Assembly (NCBI RefSeq): GCF_036365525.1
Contig: NC_090400.1
Span: forward strand, 49,497,138 to 49,561,137
Length of the DNA: 64,000 nt
Direction: 5' to 3'
Source: Heterodontus francisci
Taxonomy: Eukaryota
In this document: positions 38,150-50,722 of the stretch, in pieces
How positions within the stretch are numbered: position 1 is the first letter of the stretch
Layout: each line of letters begins with the position of its first letter
The notes under the pieces: model-generated
Databases searched by the model: none
What the model was told of the DNA's origin: nothing
What the model saw: the letters and a program-made list of their open reading frames with translations, nothing else
Program-made: the position numbers and the translations under genes

Positions 38150-39724
38150 CTGCATATAAGAGTAACACAAAGCATTATATTATTAATCATACATCTTTCC
38201 ACACTGGATTTTTCCAGGCATAACCTTTGAAATGAAAAACCAAATGTCAGATTGTATACATCGTAGTTCTCTGTATTTAAAAAAAAAAATTACAGGGATT
38301 TAAATTAATTTTACAGACTGCCTTGGCAGGGCAGGCTATGATTTCATATCCATAATTCCCCATATGGTGAGGTTGATCTTGGTTTATTATTGTCAGAAAG
38401 TGGCAGGGCCATAGAGAAGGAAGCCAAGTCACCAAGTCAACTTTTGGCAGGTACAAGCTGGCAGCCACACAAAAACAGTGGGTGACACTAGGAAGCAATC
38501 CTGTGCTTGAAACAGTAAAGTCTGCGGTGCAGGCTGGCTGAGACAGGAAAAAGCAGAGGATATAAGAGGATGAGACACAGTGCCATATATGAACATCACA
38601 GCTGTCATTTTTTTCAAAGCCAGTGTGAGTGACAGGAATGATTTAGCATTGGATGTGAAAGCGAATGAACTCAATCAGGTGTCTCTGCACCACTCAGCTC
38701 AATTCACACACATCTAAAACCAACTCTGTTTTTCTCCCAGCCTCTAAAGGTCATTTTGCTTCATTCTCAGTCATAGTTTATTTCAGGTTGTAGTGTATGA
38801 TAATGTTAAATCATGCAATGGGTATACAGTAATAGCTGTGACCGTTTATCTTGCAGGGTCAATCCCAACAAATTCTGAGGTTCCTAAAGCAAACAGAATA
38901 TCTTCAGGAATGCCATTTTTTTGCAGTTTGCAGGAGTTCAATCTTTCCTGCACTGTTTTTTCTGGCACAAGCCTATTGAAGGATTCAACTGTCATAATAA
39001 ACTGCAAAAGCAAATCTCAAGCAGTTTATCTACAAAATCTGAAACACAGGCTTGGATTACTGACATTGACTCAATCCCTTGTATTTTCTCAACCGCTGCC
39101 TCTTGGTTGCCACTAAGTCACTGACTGCAGATAAGAGGGCAGCCAAATGACCTGCTCCCACGCTCTGACAACTGGTGGGGCATATGCAGCCGTTTCTCAG
39201 GCATATCCCCCTCTGCTTACTCCTTCCCCGTGGAGAGGTGGTGGTTATTTTATTTTCTCTGCCATCTACATCCAACAATGCAGCAGCGATGGGTTGAAGT
39301 GAAGGGCACTGCTTGGGGGAACAATGCTTAGGATAGAGTTAAACTTCGCTAAATTTGAAATCAGTTTATGTTCAAGCAAACAATATGATTTGCTAGGAGT
39401 TATACTGTCACTCAGACTGGTTAAAACTTTTAGTAAATCCAAAGCCAGTTGGAGGCCCTGGGATATGTGCATGTTATGGCCTTTAGTGTGATGACGTGCA
39501 TATATTCAAACACTCATCACACCAAATCCACATACTGAATGTCAAAGTGAAAACTTTAGAAACTTCTGTTGAATATACAGGGTGTGAAATGTTTTTTTTT
39601 GCTGAGCTGCAGTATTGCAGATTGGAAAATGAACTGTTAACTATAAATTGGCATGCTATTTTAAAGCACTATGGAGTCAGATTCCTGGTTTTCATGTTGT
39701 TGGACCTCAAAAATGGCAGTTTAA

Positions 39725-40285
39725 CTGTAGTCTGAGAAGACTCTTGATTCATATATAGGGGCACTGAATACAAAAGCAAGGAGGTGGTGTTGATCCAATA
39801 CAAGACCTGGCTTTGATGGGAGAACAGTTGCAATTTCAGACATTCCATTGAAAAAAGGGTTTTATAGCCAGGGAAAAGATGCACTATAATCATTCAGATC
39901 ATTCCCAAAATGAGAAAATATTGTTATGAAGAGAGACTTAAAAGCAAGGACTTGTTCACTGGAATTGGGATGGTTAAGGGGAGGATCAAAGAGAAGTGTT
40001 CAAAATGATGAAAATGTTTGAGACAAAAAAAAGTAAAAAAAACTTTGTACTGTTCAGTGAATCCAAGAAGGCATAAACTCAATTAGTACTAAAACAATAA
40101 AGGAAGAGGTTAGAAGGATTTTTTTTCATGTAAAAGGTTAATATGGAACTCTTTAACACAGGTGACTAACAAAGACAAGTCAACTACAACATTTAAGAGA
40201 GAAATTAAAATATTAAAAGATATTGGGAATTGGGATTAGGGTATTAGCTGCAGTAGCTGAATGACTTCCTTCTGTGTGGAAATTT
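39725..40285 (+). mobile_element. Highly degenerate CR1 3' fragment
   Basis: GAATACAAAAGCAAGGAGGT...TATGAAGAGAGACTT...GAATGACTTCCTTCTGTG. Confidence 0.55.
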
Positions 40286-40574
40286 CTGTCAAGGATTAGT
40301 GAAGTACACTGAATGTGAATGTGATGTAATGGGAAACAGAAACATATCACAATATATTTATTGCCAAAAAAGGGTCCCCAAAATGTGTTAGAGAAAAAAA
40401 ATCCTGTTTATTGTTCCACATTTTTCATTTGATAATATGCTACAATGAAATAAAAACAATCCTCACTTCTACAAGTATTTTGGGTACATTGTATTAATGA
40501 TGCAAATACAGATGTGTGGATGGAGAGAGGGAACACTAAGATAACTTGCAAATGTAACTAAATACCATACTGAC

Positions 40575-40719
40575 CTTTGTAGAAAGCATAAGCTGCAACA
40601 GGAAAGAAAGGCATCTGCAGGAATGCTTCACAAAAAATGAATGCATTGAACCATGCGGGAGGGTCCATAACCATTGGGTCTTTGAACCGAGCTGCATACC
40701 ATTTTAATAAACCCTGCAG
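40575..40719 (-). CDS. TMEM97: TMEM97 exon 2 (145 nt)
   Basis: cctcag|CTG...AAA G|gtcagt. Encodes LQGLLKWYAARFKDPMVMDPPAWFNAFIFCEAFLQMPFFPVAAYAFYK(G). Confidence 0.94.
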
Positions 40720-41849
40720 CTGAGGAAAGAAATATAGTATTTAAAAATAAATGTAACATTTTTAGAAGTTTGTTCAACTGCAATCAAAGCCTTTCTTGAG
40801 TTCCATGTTCAGAGTCAATATTTGGTATTAATGTACCATAGTATAATGATTGTCACTGTTACACACTATCTGAGTGCTGCACACATTCCACAATTAACCA
40901 TTCATAATTCTGCCAGAAAAGGCATCAGAATAAAGCAACAACAACCCCAAGATTCCCAAAAGCAGGGTCAGGCTCTTTTGTCTACCAGTTAAGATCAGCA
41001 CCAGCTTGGCCTTCAGAATTGCACCAGGTTGAGTGCTGGCTTATATTAAACTGCTCAAATATTATAAAATGTTGATGAGATTCCCTTAGTGTAAGTGTGA
41101 AGAAGTTTCCTTAGATAATGTGCACTGTGAGAGTGAACAGGTTTCCTTAGATAGTGTGCAGTAAATGTGAAGTTTCCTTAACTACCGAGTTTAATAAGTT
41201 TGAGTGAAAGAGCTTCTTTGAGATATGGGAAGAGGGCAAACCAAGTGGCCCAGCCAACTAATAATATTCGACGTTGATTGATTTCATTCCCATGAGGTAG
41301 GCAATATCCTGGGTTGCCCACTTTGCTAAAATCGGTGGGCACCATGTACTGAGCCCGCACTGGGGATCACAATGGAAACTGGCCAATCCCCTCAACCAAC
41401 TCAGTGCATGTTAGGTAATTGGGGGAAGTCTTAGTTCTGGCAGTCGACCAGCGGATGTCTTTACAACCACTGGCTGAATTCAGGCCGTCTGATAAGTTTC
41501 AATTTCCTAATACTGCCAGCTACGCAGACCTTGTAGCCAGGGCCACAGTCGTGTAAAGGCAACAGGAACTGGTCCAATCCGAGTACGGACAACGGGAAGC
41601 GGCCGAATAGAAATAGGTCCAATCGGAACTGGTCCAATGGAAACCGATACAATTGCAACCGGTCCAGCTTGCGCTTCAATACAATGCGACTGAGCGCAAT
41701 GGTGTCTGGAGGTTGAAACTCATCCAGTACCCAGCTATTATTTGGGAGGAAATGGGAGCCACACGCTCGGGCTCGGAGTATCCGAGTACGGGGCATAAAT
41801 CCTCCCCAACTCTGCTGCATCTATCCAACACCGAGTCGAACCCAGAATG

Positions 41850-42650
41850 TCACTGGGAGCAAAGACAGCGGGGTTCCCGCTCCCCAAGACTGGGAGCAGA
41901 GAGAGCGGGGTCCCCGCTCCCCGGGACTAGAGAGAGCGGGGTCCCCGCTCCCCGGGAGCAAAGAGAAGAGGGGTCCCCGCTCCCCAGGACTGGGAGCAGA
42001 GAGAGGGGTTCCTGCTCCCTGGGACTGGGAGCAGAGAGAGAGCTGGGTCCCCGCTCCCCGGGACTGGGAGCAGACAGAGAGAGCGGGGTCCCCGCTCCCT
42101 GGGACTGGGAGCAGAGAGAGAGCTGGGTCCCCGCTCCCCAAGACTGGGAGCAGAGAGAGCGGGGTCCCCGCTCCCCGGGAGCAAAGAGAGCAGTGTCCCC
42201 GCTCCCCGGGACTGGGAGCAGAGAGAGCGGGGTCCCCGCTCCCCGGGACTAGAGAGAGCGGGGTCCCCGCTCCATGGGAGCCAAGAGAAGCGGGGTCCCC
42301 GCTCCCCAGGACTGGGAGCAGAGAGAGGGGTTCCTGCTCCCTGGGACTGGGAGCAGAGAGAGAGCTGGGTCCCCGCTCCCCGGGACTGGGAGCAGAGAGA
42401 GAGCTGGGTCCCCGCTCCCCAAGACTGGGAGCAGAGAGAGCGGGGTCCCCGCTCCCCGGGACTAGAGAGAGCGGGGGTCCCCGCTCCCCTGGAGCAAACA
42501 GAGAGCGGGGTCCCCGCTCCCCGGGAGCAAAGAGACAGCGGGGTCCCCGCTCCCCGGGAGCAAAGAGACAGCGGGGTCCCCGCTCCCCGGGAGCAGAGAG
42601 AGAGCGGTGTCCCCGCTCCCCGGGACTGGGAGCAGAGAGAGGGCGGGATA
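41850..42650. repeat. GC-rich minisatellite (about 30-40 bp units) in TMEM97 intron 1
   Basis: About 20 variable copies of GGGGTCCCCGCTCCCCGGG(ACTGGG)AGCAGAGAGAGC; this explains the long spurious ORFs on both strands. Confidence 0.95.
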
Positions 42651-42690
42651 CCCGGAGCGGCTCCTTGGGTTAATGGCTGGAAACACTCAC

Positions 42691-42810
42691 CGCGGGCGGG
42701 TACATGTACTCCGGTAACAGAGCCTGCAGATCGATGGCCAAAGTGATGGGAATGTGCGTAAAGAAATAGAAGAAGAAGATCCACTCTAGCAGACGGCTGC
42801 AGGACGCCAT
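42691..42810 (-). CDS. TMEM97: TMEM97 (sigma-2 receptor, EXPERA domain), exon 1 (120 nt coding)
   Basis: Kozak-context accATGG; [40 protein letters not shown]; donor GCG|gtgagt. Confidence 0.93.
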
Positions 42811-42839
42811 GGTGTTGCTCACGGTCTAGAAGCTGATGT

Positions 42840-42915
42840 CGGGATTGGTGCAGAGAATGTCGCCTCACATCTGCCATTGTCAAGCGATTGGTCGGCGGAA
42901 CGAAGGCGGAGTGAA
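42840..42915 (-). promoter_or_regulatory. TMEM97 proximal promoter (CCAAT boxes, SRE-like site, GC box)
   Basis: Minus-strand CCAAT at 42844-42848 and 42887-42891 flank GTCGCCTCAC 42859-42868 (SRE-like); GGCGGA motifs near 42895 and 42905. Confidence 0.55.
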
Positions 42916-43007
42916 CCGAGTTACTCAAATCTCAAATTGCGGCAAAACTAAAGGTTATAGTTCTGCTTAAATTGAAGATATATATCGGCAGCCCTCCGCC
43001 CAGCGAC

Positions 43008-43044
43008 AGTTCCGAAGAAGGGTCACTGACCCGAAACGTTAACT
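43008..43044 (+). ncRNA. Minimal hammerhead motif, variant core CCGAAGA, inside a PLE remnant (~43005-43107)
   Basis: AGUU CCGAAGA A GGGUC-ACU-GACCC GAAA CG UU AACU; near-identical to the reverse complement of 4230-4330. Confidence 0.6.
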
Positions 43045-44814
43045 CTGCTTCTCTTTCCACAGATGCTGCCAGACCTGCTGAGTGAATCCAGCATTTCTTG
43101 TTTTTGTAACAGATTCTGGACTTGGATCACCAATCCTCAAGGAGCTGTCAAATTTTGTTTAATAATCAGTGCTGTAAAACGCCTTGGGACAGTTTACTAA
43201 GTCAAGGCGCTATTTAAATGCAAGTTGTTGTTCTCCAGGAGTTATAGATGAGTCACTGCCCAGAGCAGCTTCGGAGAAAAGTCATTGGGACATTAAAAAT
43301 AAATTGCATGGTTTTCATTTTCTTTTACTACCTTTGGTTGTTACTTATTAAGATATTGGAGATGAGGGGAAAATGAAAGCTGTTTGTGTGGGCAGGGATG
43401 TTGGAGGTGGGAAGATGGGAGGAATCCTCGGGGATTCTGTCCAACCAGAGTTCATAACGCTATTCTGGTCTAAACTTTGTAGAGGATGTGGGGAAGTGGT
43501 TGCAGGGCTGAGCTCTCACCTTCAGCAACATCATTCACAGGCACAGGATTAACGCTGACAATACCCAGCCCTACATCCCCAGCACCTTTCTCGCTCTGTG
43601 ACTGACCCCCTTACTCCTGTCAAACCTGTTTGAATCAATTTCTGGACACATTGCAATTTCCTCCACTGGAATATTGGGAGAATTGTCTTTAGACAACACC
43701 CCCGCCCCCACCCCCGAGATTTTCTGTTCTTTGCCCACTCTCTCAGGCTGGACCGGACTATTCTCAGTCTTGGCGCCAGATCATGTCCTTCACCAAAACA
43801 TGCCGCAACGTTGTCCACCTCTGCCCCATCAACATTGAACCTCCTTTAATACAGTTGGCAGCAGCTCTTTTAGCCACCTGATACCCACTAGCTGGAAATC
43901 CTTGTGCAAACCCTCCATGACTCCCTGCTCCATTAAAAACCTCCCCCACCGTTGCTAATGTCTCCAACAAACAGATAGCGTCCGCCCGGCTAGGGGTTTG
44001 TAACGAGGTGAAAGGGCTGGTTTTAACACATAGCAATCTAAAAGCCCCGAGCTTTCACATTGGGCTCTCCCTGTAGATGGGTTCACACCCTCCCCCTGGG
44101 AAACAGAACCCGAAGAAGAATTTCTGGGGTTCCAGATATCAGGAGAATTCGTGCACATCCACATCTCCAGCACAATGCATTTCCCCCGTCCATTAAAACA
44201 CAAACGTGAACTGCAACCACAAGTCTCTCAGGATCTCTACTGCACCGAATCTGCTGATTCTACATCGGCCCCTCCTAATGGTAAATTTAAATGTAAGAAT
44301 GTTTTGATTCCAGAAGCTTTTTTTTCCTGCTTCATCGAAATCCCCATGTTTGTTAGGACTCCTGGGCACAGCCTCCAACCGCCTGCGCGTTAATCTCCTC
44401 CTGCCGGGGAAAAGCGCCAGTGGCTGTTTTCAGCTGTTTTCCCTGGGGTTTCCGCCAAATTTTCCACGGAATTTCAGGGGCAATCTCTCAAATGCGAATT
44501 ACTGTTAAAATTACACAGGCTTACTATATTAAAATCAGTTTGGAATTTGTAACACTTTCCTGTTAATGCTTACACCAGTAAGTCAGCAGACTCTCGTTGC
44601 TATTTTAGAGCGGAGGACTCATTTTACACAAAATGGCAAAAAGACAAACTTTGAAAATGGACTACAGGAATCATTTGATGAGGAGTAGTTAATTCACAAC
44701 CGGGAATGGTTTCAAGGCAATCCCACCAAGGAGGGGTAAAAGACTTTACGAGAATTTAAGAATTATTTTAATCACTAATAACATTTCAGCCTTTAAATGT
44801 TAATATATCACAAA

Positions 44815-44946
44815 AGGTAAAATACGGAGGATGCTGAAAATCTGAAGCTTAAGCAGAAAATGCTGGAAACACCTAGCAGGTCAGGCAGCATCTGTGGAAA
44901 TAAAAACATAGTTAGCACTTCAGGTCAGGGACCTTTCGTCTGAACG
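44815..44946 (-). mobile_element. Degenerate PLE terminal fragment with decayed hammerhead
   Basis: Similar to 4195-4328 (GCAGGTCAGGCAGCATCTGTGGAAA...CAGGTCAGGGACCTTTCGTC). Confidence 0.6.
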
Positions 44947-45187
44947 GATGTTAATATATTTTCTGTAACAGATTAGATTACAGAATTCAGCAATCATTAC
45001 ACGATCATTGAGTGATTATGTTGAATGACACACGGGTTGAACTATGTTCCAAGATTGCAGCAGCTGTGATAAAAAGCAAAACAAAGTACCTCATGTGAAC
45101 ACATTCCAATCTATAATAATCTGTAAAGTATATTCAGTAGGGTATGCAGGATGGTTTATTGTATTTTTTAAACTTGTGGCAGGTATG

Positions 45188-46635
45188 TCAATGGTGGATC
45201 ATTTGAGCAGAGAGATCCACCATTGACGTGCTGTTCTCCCTTCACCAGCTTCAGAAGAAATGCCATGAACAACAGATGCCCCTCTACGTTGCTTTCATTG
45301 ATCTCGCCAAAGCCTTTGACCTCGTCAGCAGACGTGGTCTCTTCAAACTACTAGCAAAGATCGGATGTCCACCAAAGCTACTAAGTATCATCACCTCATT
45401 CCATGACAATATGAAAGGCACAATTCAGCATAGCGGCGCCTCATCAGACCCCTTTCCTATCCTGAGTGGTGTGAAACAGGGCTGTGTTCTCGCACTTACA
45501 CTGTTTGGGATCTTCTTCTCCTTGCTGCTCTCACATGCGTTCAAGTCTTCAAGAAGAAGGAACTTTCCTCCACACAAGATCAGATGGCAGGTTGTTCAAC
45601 CTTGCCCGTCTAAGAGCGAAGACCAAAGTACGGAAGGTCCTCATCAGGGAACTCCTCTTTGTTGACGATGCTGCATTAACATCTCACACAGAAGAGTGTC
45701 TGCAGAGACTCATCGACAGGATTGCGGCTGCCTGCAACAAATTTGGCCTAACCATCAGCCTCAAGAAAACGAACATCATGGGACAGGATGTCAGAAATGC
45801 TCCATCCATCAATATTGGCGACCATGCTCTGGAAGTGGTTCAAGAGTTCACCTACCTAGGCTCAACTATCACCAGTAACCTGTCTCTCGATGGCATGGGA
45901 AAGGCATCCGCTGCTATGTCCAGACTGGCCAAGAGGGTGTGGGAAAATGGCGCACTGACACGGAACACAAAAGTCCGAGTGTATCAAGCCTGTGTCCTCA
46001 GTACCTTGCTCTACGGCAGCGAGGCCTGGACAATGTATGTCAGCCAAGAGCGACATCTCAATTCACTCCACCTTTGTTGCCTCCAGAGAATCCTTGGCAT
46101 GAGGTGGCAGGACCGTATCTCCAACGCAGAAGTCCTCAAGGCAGCCAAAATCCCCAGCATATACACCCTACTGAGCCAGCGGCGCTTGAGATGGCTTGGC
46201 CATGTGAGCCGCATGGAAGATGGTAGCATCCCCAAGGACACATTGTGCAGCGAGCTCATCACTGGTATCAGACCCACCGGCTGTTCATGTCTCCACTTTA
46301 AAGACGTCTGCAAACGCGACATGAAGTCCTGTGACATTGATCACAAGTCGTGGGAGTCAGTTGCCAGTGATCGCCAGAGCTGGCGGGCAGCCATAAAGTT
46401 GGGGCTAAAGAGTGGCCAGTCGAAGAGACTTAGCTGTTGGCAGGAACAAAGACAGAAGCGCAAGGAGAGAGCCAACTGTGTAACAGCCCCGACAACCAAT
46501 TTTATCTGCAGCCTGTGGAAGAGTCTGTCACTCTAGAATTGGCCTTTATAGCCACTCCAGGCGCTGCTCCACAAACCACTGACCCCCTCCAGGCGCTTAC
46601 CCATTGTCTCTCGAGACAAGGAGGCCAAAGGAGAA
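45188..46635 (+). mobile_element. RTE-clade (BovB-like) LINE, 5'-truncated RT region
   Basis: FIDLAKAFDLVSR...GVKQGCVLA...LLFVDD...LLYGSEAW...RLRWLGHVSRM; 10-bp target-site duplication GGCAGGTATG at 45178-45187 and 46636-46645. Confidence 0.92.
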
Positions 46636-47727
46636 GGCAGGTATGGCAGCTAGCTGAACAAATCATTAACAGTAGCCAAATATGAACTATGATTAGAGAT
46701 TTTTTTTTTTAAAGTATCTCAGAAGTTCACTCATTTAATCATAGAGGCTTTCAGAAGTGCAATTGACTCAAATTAACTTCAATAAATCCTCAATAAGTCT
46801 TACTGGCAATAGTTCACTTACATTGTTTTTGTTATCTTGCAAATTGCAGTCTTAGTTTGGCCAGTGCCAGGGGTTTCCAGCATCAGATATTAAAGAAGTT
46901 ACACTGCCTCATAAAAATAAAAGTCTTTTTGTAAAATGTGACAATTGATTAATCCATATCCAACATGAAAAATACTTGTATTTATGACATCTCTCAGAAA
47001 CATCTGTGTTGTTAGGTAGACAAACACAAGTCATTTTGAACACAGCAAAGTTTCACAAAGAGTAATGGAACAACGTGGAACCTATTTTTGGTGATGTTGG
47101 TTATGGGAGGAATGCTAAGTGGGGCACTGGGAGACTGGACTTTGGGTGTAATTACTGTCTATCCAGCAAGTGCTATTCTTCATTCAGAAGATGATCTGTT
47201 ACCTTTATTGTTATAAAAACAATATTCCAGGACTGCCTGTTATCCTTGCTTGTTTCAGAGGTAGCACTGTAACCTCTCTGAGTCAGTTAAAGGACCTGCA
47301 TTTATATTTTGCCTTTTCACTAGGCCACCCCAAATGTTTGCATTGTAGTTACTGTTGTTTTGTAGCTAAATGTGGCAGCCAATTTGTGTACGAGAGTCCA
47401 TGAACTGCGCTGAGATGCTAATCTGTTTTAGTGGTGTTGGTTAGAGACAAATGCCAGTCAGAACTTGCTGCTCTTCTTTGAATAGTGCCATGGAGTCTTT
47501 TTAATCCATGGGAGCAGGCAGAATGGGCCTCAGTTTAACACATCTGACAATGTAACACTCCCTTAGTGTTGTACTGAAATGTCAGTCTAGGTAAGGTACA
47601 CAATTTTCACTAACAGTTAATAAGGCCACAACAGATTCCCTTACATATAAAATGAAAGTTCAGAAATGCATTTTAATAGACTTTTTGTATTTAATAAGTG
47701 TTCAAAATTAGAAATTCAAATACGTAT

Positions 47728-48590
47728 TGTTACGATCGCTCCTGTCAAAGGCCCCAATCAAAATATATGATTCTGATTGTGGTGGGACCAATGCACTGTT
47801 AATTCAATCCCGTAGTTCTACAGATCAGCTAACGCTTCATTAAAAAACTTTCCAAATTAAAGAGACCCAACTCAAATTGTACCACCTATTAATTCCCAAA
47901 TAAAGCTAGCCAAACCAGGTGTCTTTAAATCAACAAATTAACTCTTTAATTAGAAGAACTAAATTCTTAAACACTATAAAGATAGAAACAACATTTAAAA
48001 TAGAAAAAATTAGAGTTCTTGTAAATTTATAGTCCAATTTTGCTCCAAGTCCTCACAGGATGTTGCTTTCCTTCTCCAGCGAATTTCAACAATTAATGAC
48101 TTGCAAACACTTTCAACAGAATCAATCTGACTTTAGAGTTTTTGAGGGATAAAAGATTGTCACAGTCTAACTTCCCTTTCTTCAATTTAAATTACCAGAG
48201 ATCTCTGTTTTGGCTTGACATTTTTTAAAGAATTTTGACAGATAATAATTAAACAGACTAAAATCCTCTTCCTTCAGTTTAAATGGTTGAGAGCTCTTTT
48301 TCAGGTGTGCTCATCATAGCTGTGTCCGTGTCTCTGTCAGTCTGTTAGGACAAACAGTCTCCACTAAAAGCCAGTTCAACACTCAATTGTAACAAATGCA
48401 TCCGACTCACTCCCAGTGGCTATATCTATGGTAACGAGAATGCGCCCTTTGAATCGCAGTCTCCAAATGGCTGTTTCTAAATGCACCTTCCTATAACTCC
48501 TGAGGCCTGCTGTTTCTTAAAGCAATACTGATCCCTTGCAGGCCTTAAAGGCAAACTGCATTTTCCCAAAAAAACTACAGGACCATGACA
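47728..48590. mobile_element. Solo LTR (TG...CA)
   Basis: TGTTACG...CATGACA with a 4-bp duplication GTAT at 47724-47727 and 48591-48594; no ORF. Confidence 0.75.
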
Positions 48591-49516
48591 GTATGTATAG
48601 TGAACATATAACTAAAGGGAAAAAGCAAAGAATTAAAATTCAGCTATTTATGTAAGTGCACCACTATGAAATAATGAGTGATGATGAGAAGTTCCCAATT
48701 TTTAAAAGTTTCAACAAGGTAAATTTCATATCTCGCTAACTGCACAACTCTGCATGACCCCTGGCCCAGCAGTTTCCGCACTATGGTTCCTTCTGAGTAC
48801 ATCACCAAGGAAAGACTCTCCACGACAAAAGATATTTTTCTCCAGTAACTGCTGTTAAAAAAATTACTGAGTGTGAACACCAGCGTGAATAATGACAGAG
48901 CTGTCGGAGCAGAGACAGAAATGAAACCAAGCAAAATCACCATAGAAATTACATACGGTCATCCTTCTTGGATTGTCTGTTCAATTGTTCAACACTGACA
49001 CCATATTGGTTATGACTTTATTCGGCATAAGAAAAAAAACATTACATTGCTTACACAGCAGTTTACAAAGTACAATTGAGAATTATATAATCCAATGACC
49101 TATTCTACGTACCACCAATGCACGTAGACTCATTCACCTGCCTGGTGCCCAGCAGCCAAATTTGTCCAATCATAGTGATGGCATGTATATATCCAGGCAC
49201 AGACCTTGGGCCCTGCTTATCTGTCTTTCAGCCTCAGCACAGGCTTTTTCTGTTCCTACAGTTGAAGATTTCAAGGTCCATAGGGTGAGTCAACAAGAAT
49301 TCCAACTGTAAATAAAACCTAGGTTCAACATCAATTCTAACAGAGGAGAAATAAAACTCTAGTCTAGCAAACTCAATATTAAACTGCAATCTAACGAAGC
49401 TTAATACTAAAAATAGTAAAAGAATTTGATTATATTTCAAGAGATAATAAGAGTGTGCATACCCACAGACAGAGAGATGTAACAGAATTTTCAATCACAA
49501 GTTACTTCACTCAGTG

Positions 49517-50401
49517 TGAGAATCCAAAAGCAGTTGTCATGCTAGGCCCCCACCTGCCAAGAATGAGGCACATTAAGTTTATCATGAACACTGATTTTAA
49601 ACTGTTACCGGAGTGAGGGGAGGACTTGTTGAACAGATCAGCTGTGGCTGGAGAAGACATTTGCATATTACCAGACAGTGTTTGGAAGGACAAAGCAGCC
49701 ACTCCCTGACTTTCAACCCACAATGCACTTTTCATCACCAGACATTGAAGGTGGGGGAGCTCTTATTCCAGGTTGACTGCTAAGATGGCCGAATACACAA
49801 ACAGACATGGTCAAACCAGCTAGTCACATGACTAACCTCCTGGGCAACCTGGGTTTTTTGAATTTACTCCTGGAATGAGAAGATCTGTTCCCATCTCTTT
49901 CTCACAAGCCTCTGAATCCATCGAAGACACATGAACCCCAAGAGAGAAAAGTCTCCTAAACCGAACAACGTTTAAGAAGAATACTGGGCCCCAACGAAAA
50001 GCAAGATCTGCCTACAATCAAGAACTCTACAGTGAGCTTGAAGAACCCTAACAACAACTCTTCAGATATTGCCTCAAACCTTTCCACTTTACATTTTTTC
50101 TGCTCTTTTCTGTCTCTATTTGCTTGTGTGTATCGTATATGCATGCTAGCATGGGGTGCGGCGTGTATCTGTAGGCATTAACCGAATTAGAGTTTAAGTT
50201 TACCAAATTTCAACTTTTCTTCTTTAAACCTAAGAAAGCCTGTTTGTGCTGGTTTCTTTGTCTTATAATTGGAAATTGGTGAACAAGGATTCACCAAGGG
50301 GGAGCTAAAAACATGGTGTGTTTAAAATTAAACCCTGTTACATTAAGACCAGGTGAAGGCTGAAAGGGAACCCTTGACCTCTTTCTCACCTGGTCGTAAC
50401 A
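49517..50401 (+). mobile_element. Solo LTR (TG...CA)
   Basis: TGAGAATCC...GGTCGTAACA flanked by a CAGTG duplication; homologous to 15627-16383. Confidence 0.75.
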
Positions 50402-50722
50402 CAGTGTATTCTGAAGAACAGCAGTTCCAGAAAAAGCTCGAGTCTTTTAACTCTTATGAGTGTAATCCCTCTAAACACCCCCCGAGCCAAAAAATATTAG
50501 ATGACAATAAAGAATCAGGAGGCTGTGATTTAATTTCAAGATTCAGATGGCCAGATTAAGCTCCTTGAAATTCTTGAACATGATTTAAGAAGTTTGATTT
50601 TTTTAAAAACTGGATTATGTAATATATCTGGGAATATAGGTTCAAATCCCACCATGGCAGATGGTGAAATTTGAATTCAATTAATAAATCTAGAATTAAA
50701 AAGCTAGTCTAATGATGACCAT

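Noticed and set aside
41083-41180. About three degenerate ~35-bp repeats (GTTTCCTTAGATA.TGTGCA)
   Set aside because: A short local slippage duplication with no further supporting structure.
41850-42650. CRISPR-like array
   Set aside because: The units are tandem with no unique spacers, there are no cas genes, and the context is a vertebrate intron.
41653-42928. 333-aa and 199-aa repetitive ORFs
   Set aside because: They are read-throughs of a stop-poor GC minisatellite; the real TMEM97 exon 1 is in another frame.
48644-48943. 99-aa hydrophobic ORF with a kinase-loop-like LLGQGSCRVVQLAR
   Set aside because: There is an in-frame stop just upstream, no further kinase motifs, and no convincing splice partners; likely chance.
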